Part shown: positions 18,097-31,400 of the stretch, in pieces
Layout: each line of letters opens with the position of its first letter
Numbering within the stretch: position 1 is the stretch's first letter
Assembly (NCBI GenBank): GCA_964418565.1
Contig: CAYQMB010000004.1
Span: 1-60,583, forward strand
DNA length: 60,583 nucleotides
Direction of reading: 5' to 3'
Source: an uncultured Bacteroidales bacterium
Lineage (GTDB): Bacteria; Bacteroidota; Bacteroidia; Bacteroidales; ML635J-15
The notes under the pieces: model-generated
Databases searched by the model: none
Told to the model about the DNA's origin: nothing
What the model saw: only the letters and a program-made list of their open reading frames with translations
Made by a program: the position numbers and the translations under genes

Positions 18097-19347
18097 TTAG
18101 TTTTTCTGTTTGTTCAACAGATCAAGCAGCACACTGAACAAGATGGCAATTCCTGACATCATGGCCAGACCAAAACCCGGCCCGTTGATGTCTGCAAATA
18201 TCCCGATCAGAGGTGCCATAAGTGCTCCGTATAAACTTGCGGTCTGGCTTTCCAGGGATAAAACTGAAGTCCACGATCCGGCATGCGTGCTGTCTGCAAT
18301 ATTGCCAACCCCAATAGGCTTGCGTATGTTTTCCACCAGAAAAATACCGGTTAACAAGCCAACAGATACTCCTGTCATACCAAGCCATGCAAATATGCCA
18401 CCGGCAGCTCCCAGGAAAAGCCCTGTATACATGCTGATGCTTAGTGCTTTTGCCGGTTTTTGTATCCAGTCAGAAAACCGGCCGGAGTTTCGGGAGGCAA
18501 TGCTGCTCAAACTGTAAATGATGAAATAGAATACCCCGACCCACAGGGCTTCACGTTGCACCTCGCTTCGTGAGCTGAGAAGCGGAATGCTTATCGCCAG
18601 ACTTGCCATAATTGGCTGCAAATAATCTTTTACCGCTTTGTAATATCCTGAATGCAAGGCAACGAGATTGGTGTTGTGCCAAAACTGTAGTTTGCCCATT
18701 TGTTTCCACAATAGCATAAAGGTTGATCTGAATGCTTTCAGCACGCTGGTTTCTTGTTTTGCTTCAGGACTACGTTCCATTTTTCTGGGATAGGATAGAA
18801 TCAGCAGCATGTCTGTAAATGCAGGAATTACTGATGCCAGAAATAAAATGGTATAGTTGCCGGAAAACCATATAAATGCGGCTCCTCCCAGAGCGGATAA
18901 GGCGTAACCGGTTTGTGACCATGAGCGCGTGCCACCGTAGTAAGCTGCTTTGTCTTTCGACCAGCCTTTATGATCAAGGTAGGAGTATATCATGGCCTTG
19001 TTTGTACCGCTGCGGAGGGCATCGCCCATAGCAAATAAGAACATGGCTGTCAGAATGATGCCGTAACTTTCGCTGAAATAAAATACAAGGTATGACGCAA
19101 TATACAGGCCAAAAGAAAAGGCCAGACTGCTGCGACGCCCGATGCTGTCAGAAAATACCCCCGACGGAATTTCAAAGATGTTTCGGGTAACTTCCCGTAC
19201 CGTATATATAAGGCCGATTTGCCAGTAATCCAGCCCCTTCGACAGAAAAAACAGCATGAGAAAAGCCTCAAAAAATCTAAGGTTCTTAAAAAAACCATAC
19301 AGACTAAACTTGTAATATTGCCGGTTTTTTGTGAATTCTCTGTGCAT
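18097..19347 (-). CDS. MFS transporter
   Basis: EIPSGVFSDSIGRR (MFS motif A-like), GDALRSGT, about 12 TM segments. Start moved to ATG 19347. Confidence 0.85.
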   Translation of the reverse strand: MHREFTKNRQYYKFSLYGFFKNLRFFEAFLMLFFLSKGLDYWQIGLIYTVREVTRNIFEIPSGVFSDSIGRRSSLAFSFGLYIASYLVFYFSESYGIILTAMFLFAMGDALRSGTNKAMIYSYLDHKGWSKDKAAYYGGTRSWSQTGYALSALGGAAFIWFSGNYTILFLASVIPAFTDMLLILSYPRKMERSPEAKQETSVLKAFRSTFMLLWKQMGKLQFWHNTNLVALHSGYYKAVKDYLQPIMASLAISIPLLSSRSEVQREALWVGVFYFIIYSLSSIASRNSGRFSDWIQKPAKALSISMYTGLFLGAAGGIFAWLGMTGVSVGLLTGIFLVENIRKPIGVGNIADSTHAGSWTSVLSLESQTASLYGALMAPLIGIFADINGPGFGLAMMSGIAILFSVLLDLLNKQKN

Positions 19348-19530
19348 TTTATTGAGGCTTATATTTTTCAGGTAATGTAGAGTATAAAATCTTTTTTTCC
19401 AAATATTCTCCTTTTCCCTCAGGCAGCGATACACGAAGGTTTATGAGGCCGCTTAGCTTCATGAATTGCCTAAGTTACAGAACAATCAAAGATCTGCGCT
19501 GTTTTATTATAAATATAAAAGAACGCAATT

Positions 19531-20346
19531 ATGAAAAAACGTATACCTTATTTCTTGTACACTTTTTTAGCAATCATCCTGATGAGCAGTATGGCTGTAG
19601 CCCAGATTACAGTAGGGCAGATTGATGATTTTTCCTCCGGGCTTACCGGTTGGGAGAGAGGATCGGTTGTGGATAATGAACTGGAGCTGGTGGCTGATGG
19701 TGCCGGCCCGAATGGAAAGCTTGTGACTTTTAATCAGACACAATGGGCAGGTGATTATGCTGCTGCCGGTGTTAGCCAGATCAGAATCAAAATGACAAAC
19801 CCCGGAGATCAGACCTTATCTGTACGCGTTGCATTGGGAACAGGAACAAATGCAAACCTGGGAAGCTGGTATGCTTCAACAAATGCCCGGACTGTAGCTG
19901 CCGGTGAATCTGATTACTTTACGTTTTCACTGCAGTCTGATGACATGTCCCTTGTTGTCGGCAGTGAGGATCTTGCCACTGTTTTGTCAGGTGTGGTTAC
20001 ACTGCGTATTCTGCACGCTGAATCACCCTCAGCTCAGGGTGATCCCATCAGTGCTACGCTTTCCCTGGATGATATCGAGGCTCTTGGTTCTGTTGGTGTA
20101 CATGAAAGGAACCATGAATCAGATATATCGGTTTATCCCACACCTGCTAACGACTGGTTTGCTGTGAACGGAACCATCCCGCTAAAATCAGTGACAGTTT
20201 ACAACATGACCGGAACCACCGAAAAGGTGTGGAAAAATCCCTCATCCAACACCTCTTTTGCTGTTTCGGAGCTGAGCAGCGGCCTTTACATAATTCAGAT
20301 AGAGGCTGGTAACAGCTTATGGACAGAGCGTTTGATGATTCGTTAA
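19531..20346 (+). CDS. Small T9SS type A sorting-domain protein
   Basis: Signal peptide ending AVAQ; about 160-aa beta-rich domain; CTD VYPTPAND...SGLYIIQI. Confidence 0.8.
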   Translation: MKKRIPYFLYTFLAIILMSSMAVAQITVGQIDDFSSGLTGWERGSVVDNELELVADGAGPNGKLVTFNQTQWAGDYAAAGVSQIRIKMTNPGDQTLSVRVALGTGTNANLGSWYASTNARTVAAGESDYFTFSLQSDDMSLVVGSEDLATVLSGVVTLRILHAESPSAQGDPISATLSLDDIEALGSVGVHERNHESDISVYPTPANDWFAVNGTIPLKSVTVYNMTGTTEKVWKNPSSNTSFAVSELSSGLYIIQIEAGNSLWTERLMIR

Positions 20347-20361
20347 TCGCTGTTGTATGAT

Positions 20362-20403
20362 AAAAAAAAAGAGGCCGCCCTTTTTGGACAGTCTCTCTTT
20401 TTT
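20362..20403 (-). terminator. Intrinsic terminator (ALDH; likely bidirectional)
   Basis: Minus strand GAGACTGTCC-aaaaa-GGGCGGCCTC plus T9; T tract on the plus side too. Confidence 0.7.
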
Positions 20404-20423
20404 GATGTTGTGTTAAACAGGTT

Positions 20424-21971
20424 TTAGTCAATATCAAATGTAATGCCCTGTGCGAGTGGAAGCTCTTTACTGAAGTTGATAGTATTCGTCTGACGGCGCA
20501 TGTATGCTTTCCAGGCATCTGAGCCGGATTCACGTCCGCCGCCGGTTTCTTTTTCACCACCAAAGGCTCCGCCTATTTCAGCACCGCTTGTTCCTATGTT
20601 AACGTTGGCAATACCGCAATCAGAACCAACTTCTGAAAGGAAGAGTTGTTCTTCACGCACATTCTGGGTAAATACGGCTGAAGATAAGCCTTGCGGTACA
20701 TCATTGTGCAGTTCAAGTGCTTCTTCAAATTCGCTGTATTTTATCAGGTAAAGCAAAGGAGCAAAGGTTTCTTCCTGTACAATGTTGAATTTATTTTCAA
20801 CTTCAGCAAGTGCGGGAACAACATAATTACCGCTTTCATAGCCTTTACCACTAAGTACATCACCACCAAAAAGGATGTTTCCGCCTTCGCGTTTAACCTC
20901 TTTTAACGCAAATTTAAAGTCTTCAACGGATCCCTGGTTATTTAATGGACCTACAAGTGTGTTTTCGTCCAGAGGATTGCCGATTTTCTTGGCTACCTGT
21001 TCGTAGGCGTTAACCAAACGTTTCTTTACATCCTCATATATGCTGTCGTGAATGATCAGACGGCGTGTGGATGTACAACGTTGACCTGCTGTTCCAACGG
21101 AACCGAAAACAATACCAGGAATGGCCATATCAAGGTCAGCACTGGGTGTGATGATGATGGCGTTATTACCTCCGAGTTCAAGAATACTCTTTCCAAGGCG
21201 TTCGCCAACAATGCCACCAACACGTTTTCCAACGCGTGTACTGCCTGTAACAGAAAACAGCGGAATGCGTTTGTCTGCCGCGAAATTATCACCAAGAACG
21301 GATGATTTTGCAATGCAAAGGTTGAAAATGCCTTCGGGAAGATTGTTTTCTTTTAGTACGTCAGCTATAATGTTCTGAACTGCAACTGCAGTCAGTGGTG
21401 TTTTGGATGAAGGTTTCCAGATAACAACATCACCGGCTATAGCAGCAATCATGGAGTTCCATGCCCAAACTGCAACCGGAAAATTAAAGGCTGTAATCAG
21501 ACCAACGATGCCCAATGGCTGATACTGGTCCATGATGCGATGCTCAGGACGCTCGGAATGCATGGTGAATCCATTGAGCAAACGGCTTTGACCGACAGCA
21601 AAATCACATATGTCAATCATTTCCTGAACTTCACCAAGGCCTTCCTGGTAGATTTTACCCATTTCGTAAGCTACCAGTGCGCCAAGGTCTTCTTTGTTTT
21701 CACGCAAAGCCAGACCAATCTGACGGACAATCTCTCCGCGGTGAGGAGCCGGCATGGTGCGCCATTCCTTGAACGCTGCCTGAGCTTTTGCCATTACCGC
21801 TTCGTATTCTTCAATGCTTGCGTTTTTTACTTTACCAATTTCTTTTCCATCAACAGGAGAAATAGAGCTTGTTTCTGCCCCCTTGCCTTCCAGCCATTCA
21901 GTGCCGGTAGTTACTCCACTGTTGACATCTTTAATTCCAAGATTTTTAATTGCTGATTTAATGTCAATCAT
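20424..21971 (-). CDS. amaB: Aldehyde dehydrogenase family 7 (piperideine-6-carboxylate/aminoadipate-semialdehyde dehydrogenase-like)
   Basis: ITAFNFPVAVWAWN, WKPS, ELGGNNA, catalytic GTAGQRCT, EETFAP, GAEIGGAFGGEKETGGGRESGSD. Confidence 0.82.
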   Translation of the reverse strand: MIDIKSAIKNLGIKDVNSGVTTGTEWLEGKGAETSSISPVDGKEIGKVKNASIEEYEAVMAKAQAAFKEWRTMPAPHRGEIVRQIGLALRENKEDLGALVAYEMGKIYQEGLGEVQEMIDICDFAVGQSRLLNGFTMHSERPEHRIMDQYQPLGIVGLITAFNFPVAVWAWNSMIAAIAGDVVIWKPSSKTPLTAVAVQNIIADVLKENNLPEGIFNLCIAKSSVLGDNFAADKRIPLFSVTGSTRVGKRVGGIVGERLGKSILELGGNNAIIITPSADLDMAIPGIVFGSVGTAGQRCTSTRRLIIHDSIYEDVKKRLVNAYEQVAKKIGNPLDENTLVGPLNNQGSVEDFKFALKEVKREGGNILFGGDVLSGKGYESGNYVVPALAEVENKFNIVQEETFAPLLYLIKYSEFEEALELHNDVPQGLSSAVFTQNVREEQLFLSEVGSDCGIANVNIGTSGAEIGGAFGGEKETGGGRESGSDAWKAYMRRQTNTINFSKELPLAQGITFDID

Positions 21972-22299
21972 GATTGTGTATTTTAAATGATTAGCGTTTC
22001 ATTTTCCAAGCAAAGATTAAAAAAAATGCGGGAACTTATACGCTTAAACGTCAATTTTTTTTACAAATTAAATTAGCATGGAAAATTGAATTACTGGCTT
22101 TTTTTACGGAGGCTTTTGCCCTCAAATTGTCACCTGTATAGGTTATGTAGGGGTTGATTGTGGGTTGCTTATGATTTATGAATATTGATATTGTAGTAAT
22201 GGGGTGTGTTATAAAAATGTTAAAATACAATAATGTATAATAATACCAACTATTAAGTTTGCGGAAGTGGGTTTTGTTCATTTGCGTGCTTTTTTGTTT

Positions 22300-22307
22300 T
22301 ACATTTG
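22300..22307 (+). promoter_or_regulatory. -7 element (TACATTTG) upstream of the giant protease gene
   Basis: TAnnTTTG match, about 130 nt upstream of the ATG. Confidence 0.45.
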
Positions 22308-22435
22308 TTAGTATCGTTTAAGAATAACTGATTTCTTTTACGAAGATGGGGGAGTTTTAGAATTACATCGCAATTTATTTATGCGTTTTAATTTAAGAAA
22401 CTCAGGATATTTAAGTATAACTAAACATTAGGACT

Positions 22436-25400
22436 ATGAAATTTGCCAAAAGATTTGCGTTTATGGCACGTGTGATGATTTTATTTATCATCATGGGCTT
22501 TGCCGTGAACCTGAATGCACAACCAAGCCAGGGAGGAACACCGCCCAGCTTTGAAGAAGGAAGATCAATCAATGCAGTTGGGAATTACAGCGTTGATGAA
22601 ATTTCAATTTATCCACCCAATGTGGATGCCCTCCTGTTGGAAGATAAAAACAGAGGAAAAAACGGCCTGCCTCCTCGCGTTGGGACAAATGTTTCAGTGG
22701 ATGCGGGACTAAATACCGCCGGAAGCTGGACAACACGTCCGGACGGATCCCGTGTATGGATTTTAAAAATCAACTCAGAGGGAGCCATTGCTCTGAATTT
22801 TATTTTTGATGATTTCCACCTGGCACCAGGAACGAAAATGTTCATGTACAATGAAAATAAAAAGCAGGTGCTGGGAGCATTTACACACAATAATAATAAA
22901 GAGCACGGACGCTTTACAACAACGAAAATTCAGGGCGAAACTGTTTTTATTGAGTATTTTGAGCCTGCTAAAACCGTTGGAACATCACGGTTTCATATTG
23001 AAAGTGCCGGGTACTTCTACAACATGAGTAAACAACTGGCCCGCATGACAGAAACCTATGGTGATGAAACCAGTGAAAAAACCGTTGGTGCTTCTGATGA
23101 CTGTGAAGTAAACATCAATTGTTCTCCCGTTGGTGATGACTGGCAGGATGAAAAGCGTGGTGTCGCTCAGATTACCTTTCTGGCCGGTGGTTCATGGTAC
23201 CTCTGTACCGGTTCACTCGTGAACAATACCAATTATGATGAAACACCCTATTTTCTTACGGCGTTTCACTGTGGTGCTGCTGATGCTACCGATACAGAAT
23301 TGCTGAGTTGGGAATTCCATTTTAACTATGAGTCACCCGACTGTACAGATCCCGCAGGCGAACCAGCTACCGATGATATTATCGGAGCAACCCGCATCGC
23401 TGAAGGTAACATTAGTGGCGGTTCTGACTTCTTCCTGCTGCAACTCGAATCCACTCCTGACGGAACCTTCTCACCTTATTATAATGGGTGGGATAATTCT
23501 GGTACTGCCTCTGCGACAGGTGCTGGGATTCACCATCCTGCAGGTGACATAAAGAAAATCTCTACTTACGGTTCAATTGCCCAATCAGGTAGTAACAACA
23601 TTGGTGGTGATGTTATGGCAGCCAACTCATCATGGAGTGTTACATGGGAGTCGAATGCAAACGGATGGGGCGTTACTGAAGGTGGCTCTTCCGGTTCACC
23701 GCTTTTCCGCGACAATGGTCTTCTCATCGGTACACTTACCGGCGGTTCATCTTTCTGTACTGATCAGACAGCTTCTGATGTATATGGTCGTTTTGAATAC
23801 CACTGGACATCAAATGGTGGTACAGCTGCGGACCAGCTTGAGCCCTGGCTTGATCCTGCAAACAGCGGTGCTACTACCGTGGGTGGCTATGATCCTTTTG
23901 CTACTGCTCCACCTACTGTGGATTTTACAGCAGACAGAACCAATATCCTGGAAGGGGATGCTGTGAATTATACGGATCTGTCGCTTTCACCCAGTGGCCC
24001 GATTACAGGTTGGTCATGGGCTTTTGATGGTGGAACACCAAACACAAGCACGGATGAAAATCCCGCAAACATTGTATACAATACTGCCGGTGAATATGAT
24101 GTCAGCCTTGCTGCTACCAATGCAAACGGAACATCCGAAGATACCGCGTACAATTACATTAATGTGATTGATCCTACCGTAACAACTTGCGATACCTTCT
24201 CACAATGGTGCTGTAACCCGTCAATTTATACCAGCGCTGAAGGTTATACTTCTGGTACTAATGAGTATGGTATACAGGAAGTTGCTGAATACTTCCCCGA
24301 TGCTTATCCATATAATACGGTTACAGGGGCTCGCTTTTATTTTGCTCAGGTAACAAGCGGTACCAACCCCGATATTACTTTTAAAGTATACAGCGATAAT
24401 GCCGGTCAGCCGGATCAGGTTCTCACATCAACCACTGTATCGCTTAGTACCATAGAAACGGCATTTAACGCTGATGGATATTACGATCTGGTTTTACCCG
24501 AATCTGTAGCCTATCCGGACAATGCATTTTATATCGGTTTTACTGTACCTGGTACTCAGGCAAGCGGTGATACTATTGCCCTTGTAACCAACGATGATGG
24601 TGACTCCGACGCAAATACCGGTTATAGCCTATACGATGGTACCTGGGAAACCTATTCTGCCTGGGGCATGTCTCTGCAGAATATGGTATTTCCCAATGTT
24701 TGCCATGATGTGTCGCTTCCACCGGTAGCCTCATTCGAGGGTGTTCCTCAAATGGTGAATGCCGGTAGTTCAGTTGCCTTTACTGATCTGTCTTTTGGTG
24801 GTACTCCCACAAGCTGGGAATGGACGTTCCCTGGTGCTGCAACCAACAGTTCAACGCAACAAAACCCAAGCATAACATACAATACACCTGGTGTATACGA
24901 TGTGAAACTTGTTGTTTCCAATGCCAATGGAGCTGATTCCATAACACGCAGTGCTTATATTACCGTTGTTGATCCGAATACCTGCTCATGCAGCCAGCTT
25001 GGCCATGTTGTAGGTGGTGAAGTGCTTTATACAACCGGTGATGGTTACCTTGCCGGCACAAACGGCTACACAGACAACGCCAAAGCAGAGTATTTCGATG
25101 ATTATGGTTCCGCTACCAAACTCGAAGGAGCTTATTTCCATTTCGGTCGTGCGTATGCTGCCAATACAGGTACTATGATTACCTTTAATGTGTATGCTGA
25201 TGATGGCGGAGCCAGCGCAGCAGGTACATATACTTACTCTCCGGGTACTATTCTGGAAACCGTTACTGTTCCCCTTGATGATATTGTAACCGATGTTAAC
25301 AACGGCGATTCCACTTATATTGCTTTTGATCCGCCAATGGATATTACCGGTAACTTCTTTATCGGGTATGAGATTCCATACGCTGGTGATTCACTTGGCC

Positions 25401-28400
25401 TTATGACAGGCGCTCAGGATGCCGGTACAGATGACGGATGGGAGCAATGGAGTGATAACGACTGGTATTCTATGACAGGTGCCGGTTGGGGTGGCTCATT
25501 TAATATGGCCATTTACCCGGTTGTTTGTACCGAAGGTGCGCCTTTACCTGAATTTTCTGCAGATAATACAACCATCATGACCGGCGGTACTGTTAACTTT
25601 ACTGATATGAGTACTTGTGGTGCAACTGGTTGGGACTGGACGTTTGATGGCGGGACACCTGCCACCAGCACAAATCAGAACCCCTCCGTGGTGTACAATA
25701 CCCCGGGTACATTCGATGTTTCCCTGGTTTCTTCAAATGCTCAGGGTAGCAATCCTATGCAGAAGTCAAATTATATTACAGTTCTGCAACCCATTGTATG
25801 GTGGGATTTCCCCGGTAACCCGGATGATGCCCTCTCTGATGGCGGTATTACGGCTAACGATGGTACCAAATCCATTACTGTAGCAGGTGGTGTAGATGCT
25901 CCGACATTTGATGCCGGTGGTGCTACTACGCAGGCAGCTGAAGCCAGTGGCTGGGATGCTGGTGCCAACACCAAAGCATGGGTGGTTGAATTTGAAACTA
26001 CCAATTATGTGAATCTGAAATTATCATCAAAACAATCCGGTGAAAACCGTTCACCTCAGGATTTCAAAATTCAGTACAGCCTCGATAACGCTACATGGAC
26101 TGATGTTGCCGGTGGCACAATTACCGTAGCTCAGGATTGGACTACCGGTGTTGTCAACAGCCTTAGCTTGCCAGCTGCTTGTGAAAACCAGGCCAGTGTT
26201 TATATCCGTTGGATCATGACATCGAATACTGGTATAGGTGGCAACATTCAGGGTAATCGCTCCAGTTTTATTGATGACATTTATGTTGTTGGTGAACTGT
26301 CTGCCATACCCCCGGTTGCAGATTTTTCTGCTGATCAGACAACTGTCTGCGAAGGTGCAACAGTGAATTTTACTGACTTGTCAACAGAATCACCAACTTC
26401 ATGGTCATGGACATTTAATGGCGGAACACCGGCAACAAGTACTGCCCAGAACCCCTCTGTGGCTTACAATACAGCAGGTACGTATGAGGTGTCCTTGTCT
26501 GTTACAAACTCTGTTGGTGGAGATACAGAAACCAAAACAGGATACATTACGGTTAATACAAATCCAACTGTATCCGCGTCCAATACAGGTCCGTATTGTG
26601 AAACAGAAACCATTCAGCTCGGTGCTACCGGTTCAGGCGGTGATACATGGGCATGGACAGGTCCTGACGGATTTACAAATACTGCTGAAGATCCTAGCAT
26701 TGCAAACGCAACGCTGGCTATGGCCGGTGATTATACGGTTACGCATACCAATTCCACGACAGGTTGTTCTGCTCAGGCAACAACAGCCGTTACGGTCAAT
26801 GCTAACCCCGGTGTAACTACATCATACAATGGCCCGATATGCGAAGGTGACGATCTGTTGCTGAATGCAACACCAGGTACCGCAGGCCTTGATATTGCAT
26901 GGTCTGGTCCCGACGGCTTTACCAGTACAATTGAAGATCCTTCAATTACCGCGGTAACAACGGCTGCCGATGGTAACTATACTGTAGTTGCTACGGATCC
27001 CGGTACAGGTTGCTCCAGCCAGTCAACCATTTACGCATTTGTGAATGCCAATCCAACACTGACAGCCTCCAATACCGGCGCGTATTGTTCAGGTGAAGAT
27101 ATTCAGTTGAACGCTACCGGTTCAGGTGCTACAAGTTACAGCTGGGCAGGTCCTGACGGATTTACCAGTACAAATGAAGATCCGCTCATTGTATCTTCTA
27201 CAACAGCAATGGCGGGTACATATACCGTGGAGCTTGAAAATACAACCACTGGCTGTATTGCAACAGCGACAACCGATGTTGTTGTTAATCAGACTCCGGA
27301 CATCACCGCTGCTAACAGTGGCCCGCTTTGCGAAGGCGCTGACCTTACGCTGAACGCTACTACAAGTTTTGCAGGCATGGATTTCTCCTGGACTGGTCCC
27401 GATACTTACTCCAGTATTGCCGAGGATCCTGTAATTGTTGGTGCAACAACTGCTGCCGATGGAACGTATACCGTTGTGGTTACCGATCCCGGTTCAGGCT
27501 GTTCCAACACTGCAACCACTGCAGCTACAGTGAATGCCAATCCTACCCTGAATGCAGCAAATGCAGGACCGTATTGTGCCGGCGAAACCATTCAGCTCAG
27601 TGCTACCGGTTCAGGTGGGTCAGCCTATAGCTGGACAGGTCCTGATGGTTTTTCCAGTACAGCAGAGGATCCCACCATTGCATCAGCAACTACCGCTATG
27701 GCAGGTACCTATACGGTTACCCTTGAAAATACAACTACAGGTTGTAATACAAGCGCAACTACTGACGTAACAGTGAATCCGCAACCGGATATTACTGCCG
27801 CAAATGATGGCCCTGTTTGTGCCGGTGAAGACCTGACCCTTAACGCTACCAATATTTCAGGTGGTGTTGATTATGCATGGTCTGGTCCGGGCTTTACAAG
27901 CACGATTGAAGATCCTGTGATTACCGCAGCAACTACTGCAGCAGACGGATCTTATACCATTGTTGTCACCGATCAGGTAACTGGTTGTACAAGTTCAGCT
28001 TCCACAACAGCCGTTGTGAACGCTAATCCGACGATTTCGGCTGCTAATGACGGACCAGTTTGTGCTGGCGAAACTGTCAACCTTACAGCTACAGGAAGTG
28101 GTGGTGATGTATATAACTGGAATGGCCCGGATACTTACACCAGTAGTGTGCAGAATCCTTCCATTACAAATATACAACCCATTAATGCCGGTACATATAC
28201 AGTAAGCCTGGAAAACTCAACAACCGGTTGTGTCTCCAGTGCAACAACAGATATTACCGTTAATCCCCTGCCTGTTATCTCAAGTATTGGGAACACCGGT
28301 CTTTATTGTGAAAACGATAATGCTCAGCTTAATTCTACTGTTTCTGGTGGCGATACCTATGCATGGAGTGGTCCTGACGGATTTACCAGCAATGTTGAAG

Positions 28401-31400
28401 ATCCTGCTATCAACAATATACAACTTGTAAATGCAGGTGTTTATACATTAAATTACAGCAATTCTACCACCGGTTGTGCTGCTGTTTCTCAGACAACAAC
28501 TGTTGATGTAAATGCATTACCAACAGTTACACCGTCAAATACAGGCCCGTATTGTGAAGGTGATGCTATACAGCTCGAAGGAAATACCATTGCAGGTGCT
28601 ACATATGCCTGGAGTGGTCCGAATAGCTATTCCAGTACACAGGAGGATCCGGTGATTTCAGGTGCAGCTCTTTCTGATGCAGGTACCTATACCCTGGAAA
28701 TTACCAGTGCTGATGGTTGTACTGCGTTGTCAACAACTGATGTAGTGGTAGATGCCAATCCAATTGTTGATCTTGGTGCTGATGTCACACAGTGTTCCGG
28801 TACAAACCTTACCCTGGATGCCGGTGCCGGATTTGCAACCTATTCATGGTCAACAGGCGCAACCAGCCAGACCATAACGGTAAATACTGCGGCTACTTAC
28901 AGCGTAACAGTTAGCAATGCCAGTGGTTGTACTGATATTGATGCTTTGGTATTCGATTACTATCCGGAAACCACGCTTACCATGAGCAGCACCAATGAAT
29001 CATCTGCTGGCGCAAACGATGGTAGTGCAACGGCAACCCCTTCAGGTACATCACCATTTGATTACCTCTGGGATACAGGTGAAACTACTCAAACTATCAC
29101 AGGCTTAGCAGGTGGATTATATTACGTAACCGTTACGGATGGTAATGGATGCGAGGTTATTGATTTTGTAAATGTTGCAACAGACAATACGCCTCCGGTA
29201 GCTGATTTTAGCGCCGATGCCGTTAATGTGTGTGCGGGTACCATCATTAACTTTACTGATCTGAGTACAAACAGTCCAACATCATGGTCATGGGATTTCG
29301 ATGGAGGTGCTACAAACACTACCGTTCAGAATCCTTCTGTTGAATTTGCTGCGCCTGGTACCTATGATATCAGTCTGACAGTAACCAATGCTGACGGATC
29401 TGATACAGAAACCAAAACCGGATACATCACAGTATATGCAAATCCCAGCATTTCTGCTTCCAATGCCGGACCTTATTGCGAAGGCAATGATGTCCAGTTG
29501 AACGCTACCGGTTCAGGTGGTGATGCTTACACATGGAGTGGACCGAACGGATTTAACTCCACAACTGAGGATCCTGTGATTACTGCAGCTGGCTTAAGTG
29601 CGGCGGGTACATATACCGTTGAACTTCTCAATACATCAACAGGCTGTGTGTCTACTGCTACTACTGATGTAACAATCAATACCAACCCAACTGTAAGTGC
29701 ATCCAATACCGGAGCTTATTGTGAAGGTGAGGATGTGCAGATATCTGCTACAGGCAGTGGCGGAGATACATACAGCTGGACAGGGCCTGATGCTTTCACG
29801 GCTACTGGCTCTACACAGACCATTACTTCTGCAACTACAGCCGCAGACGGTATCTATGAAGTAACTTATGAAAACAGTACGACGGGTTGTTTCGCTACAG
29901 CACAGACAACTGTTGTTGTGAATCCGAACCCAACGCTTTCCGCTTCCAACACCGGCGAATATTGTCCTGGTGAAGTAATTGAGCTTAATGCTACCGGTTC
30001 CAATGGTAACAGTTACGAATGGAATGGACCTGATGGTTTCAACAGTTTTGTTGAAAATCCGACAATTACCAATGCTCAGGCGATAAATGCCGGTATTTAT
30101 ACCGTCGACCTTACCAATACGATTACAGGCTGTCAGGCAAGCGCTACTACAAACGTTGTAGTCAATAGTGTACCTGACATTACAGCAAGTAATTCTGGTC
30201 CGTATTGCGACGGTGATGATGTTGTACTCAATGCTGAAAGTGTATCCGGAGATGCTTTCATCTGGAATGGTCCGAACGGATTTAGTTCCGGTGCAGAGGA
30301 TCCGGTCATCACTGCGGCAGGAACCGCTTACGATGGAACCTATACGGTTGTGGTCAGCAATTCAACCACAGGATGTACTGCAAATGCGACAACAACTGTG
30401 GCCGTGAACGCCAATCCAGCACTTTCAGCTTCCAATACCGGTCCTTACTGTGAAGGCGATGATATCGCTCTGAATGCTACCGGCAGTGGAGGAACTGTTT
30501 ATTCATGGAATGGTCCTGACGGATTTACTTCCACAAGCGAAGATCCTGTGATTACAGGCTCGCTTGCTGCAAATGCAGGTGACTATTTTGTTACACTCGA
30601 AAACTCAGGTACAGGTTGTGCAGCAACTGTCTCAACTACGGTTAATGTGAATCCGAATCCTGTTGTAATGGCATCCAATTCTGGTCCGTATTGTGCTGGT
30701 GAGACTGCAGAGCTCTCAGCAACCGGTTCCGGTGGAGATACATACACATGGTCAGGGCCGGACTCATATTCAAACAGTGGACAAAACATCAGCATTACAG
30801 GTGCAAATGTTGCCAACAGCGGTACGTATACAGTAAACCTTGAAAATACAACCACCGGTTGTGTTGCCAGCGCCAATACTGTACTGGAAGTGAATGCTGT
30901 TCCTACGGCTACTGTCAGCAACACCGGAGCATACTGTGAAGGTGATGATGTTCAACTCAACTCTTCAGTATCTGGTGGAGATACCTGGAACTGGGCTGGT
31001 CCGAACGGATATACAAGTACCAGTTCTGATCCGCTTATTGCTTCAGCTACAACATCTGAAGGAGGCAGTTACACACTAACCTATAGCAATTCTTCCACAG
31101 GTTGTTCTGTAACGGCATCTACCAATGTTGTTGTGAATTCCAATCCCGTACTCATCGCTGATAATGATGGTCCTGCTTGTGTTGGTGATGTCATCAACCT
31201 GAGTGCAATGGGCAGCGGCGGCACTGATTATGCATGGACAGGTCCGAATACTTACTCAAGTACAGACCAGAATCCTGTTATATCAGGTGCTGCACTTGGT
31301 GATGCCGGAACTTACGATGTTGTGCTCACAAACACAACAACAGGTTGCCAGGCAAGTGCTTCAACGGTTGTTGAAGTGAATGCCAACCCAACTGTGGATC

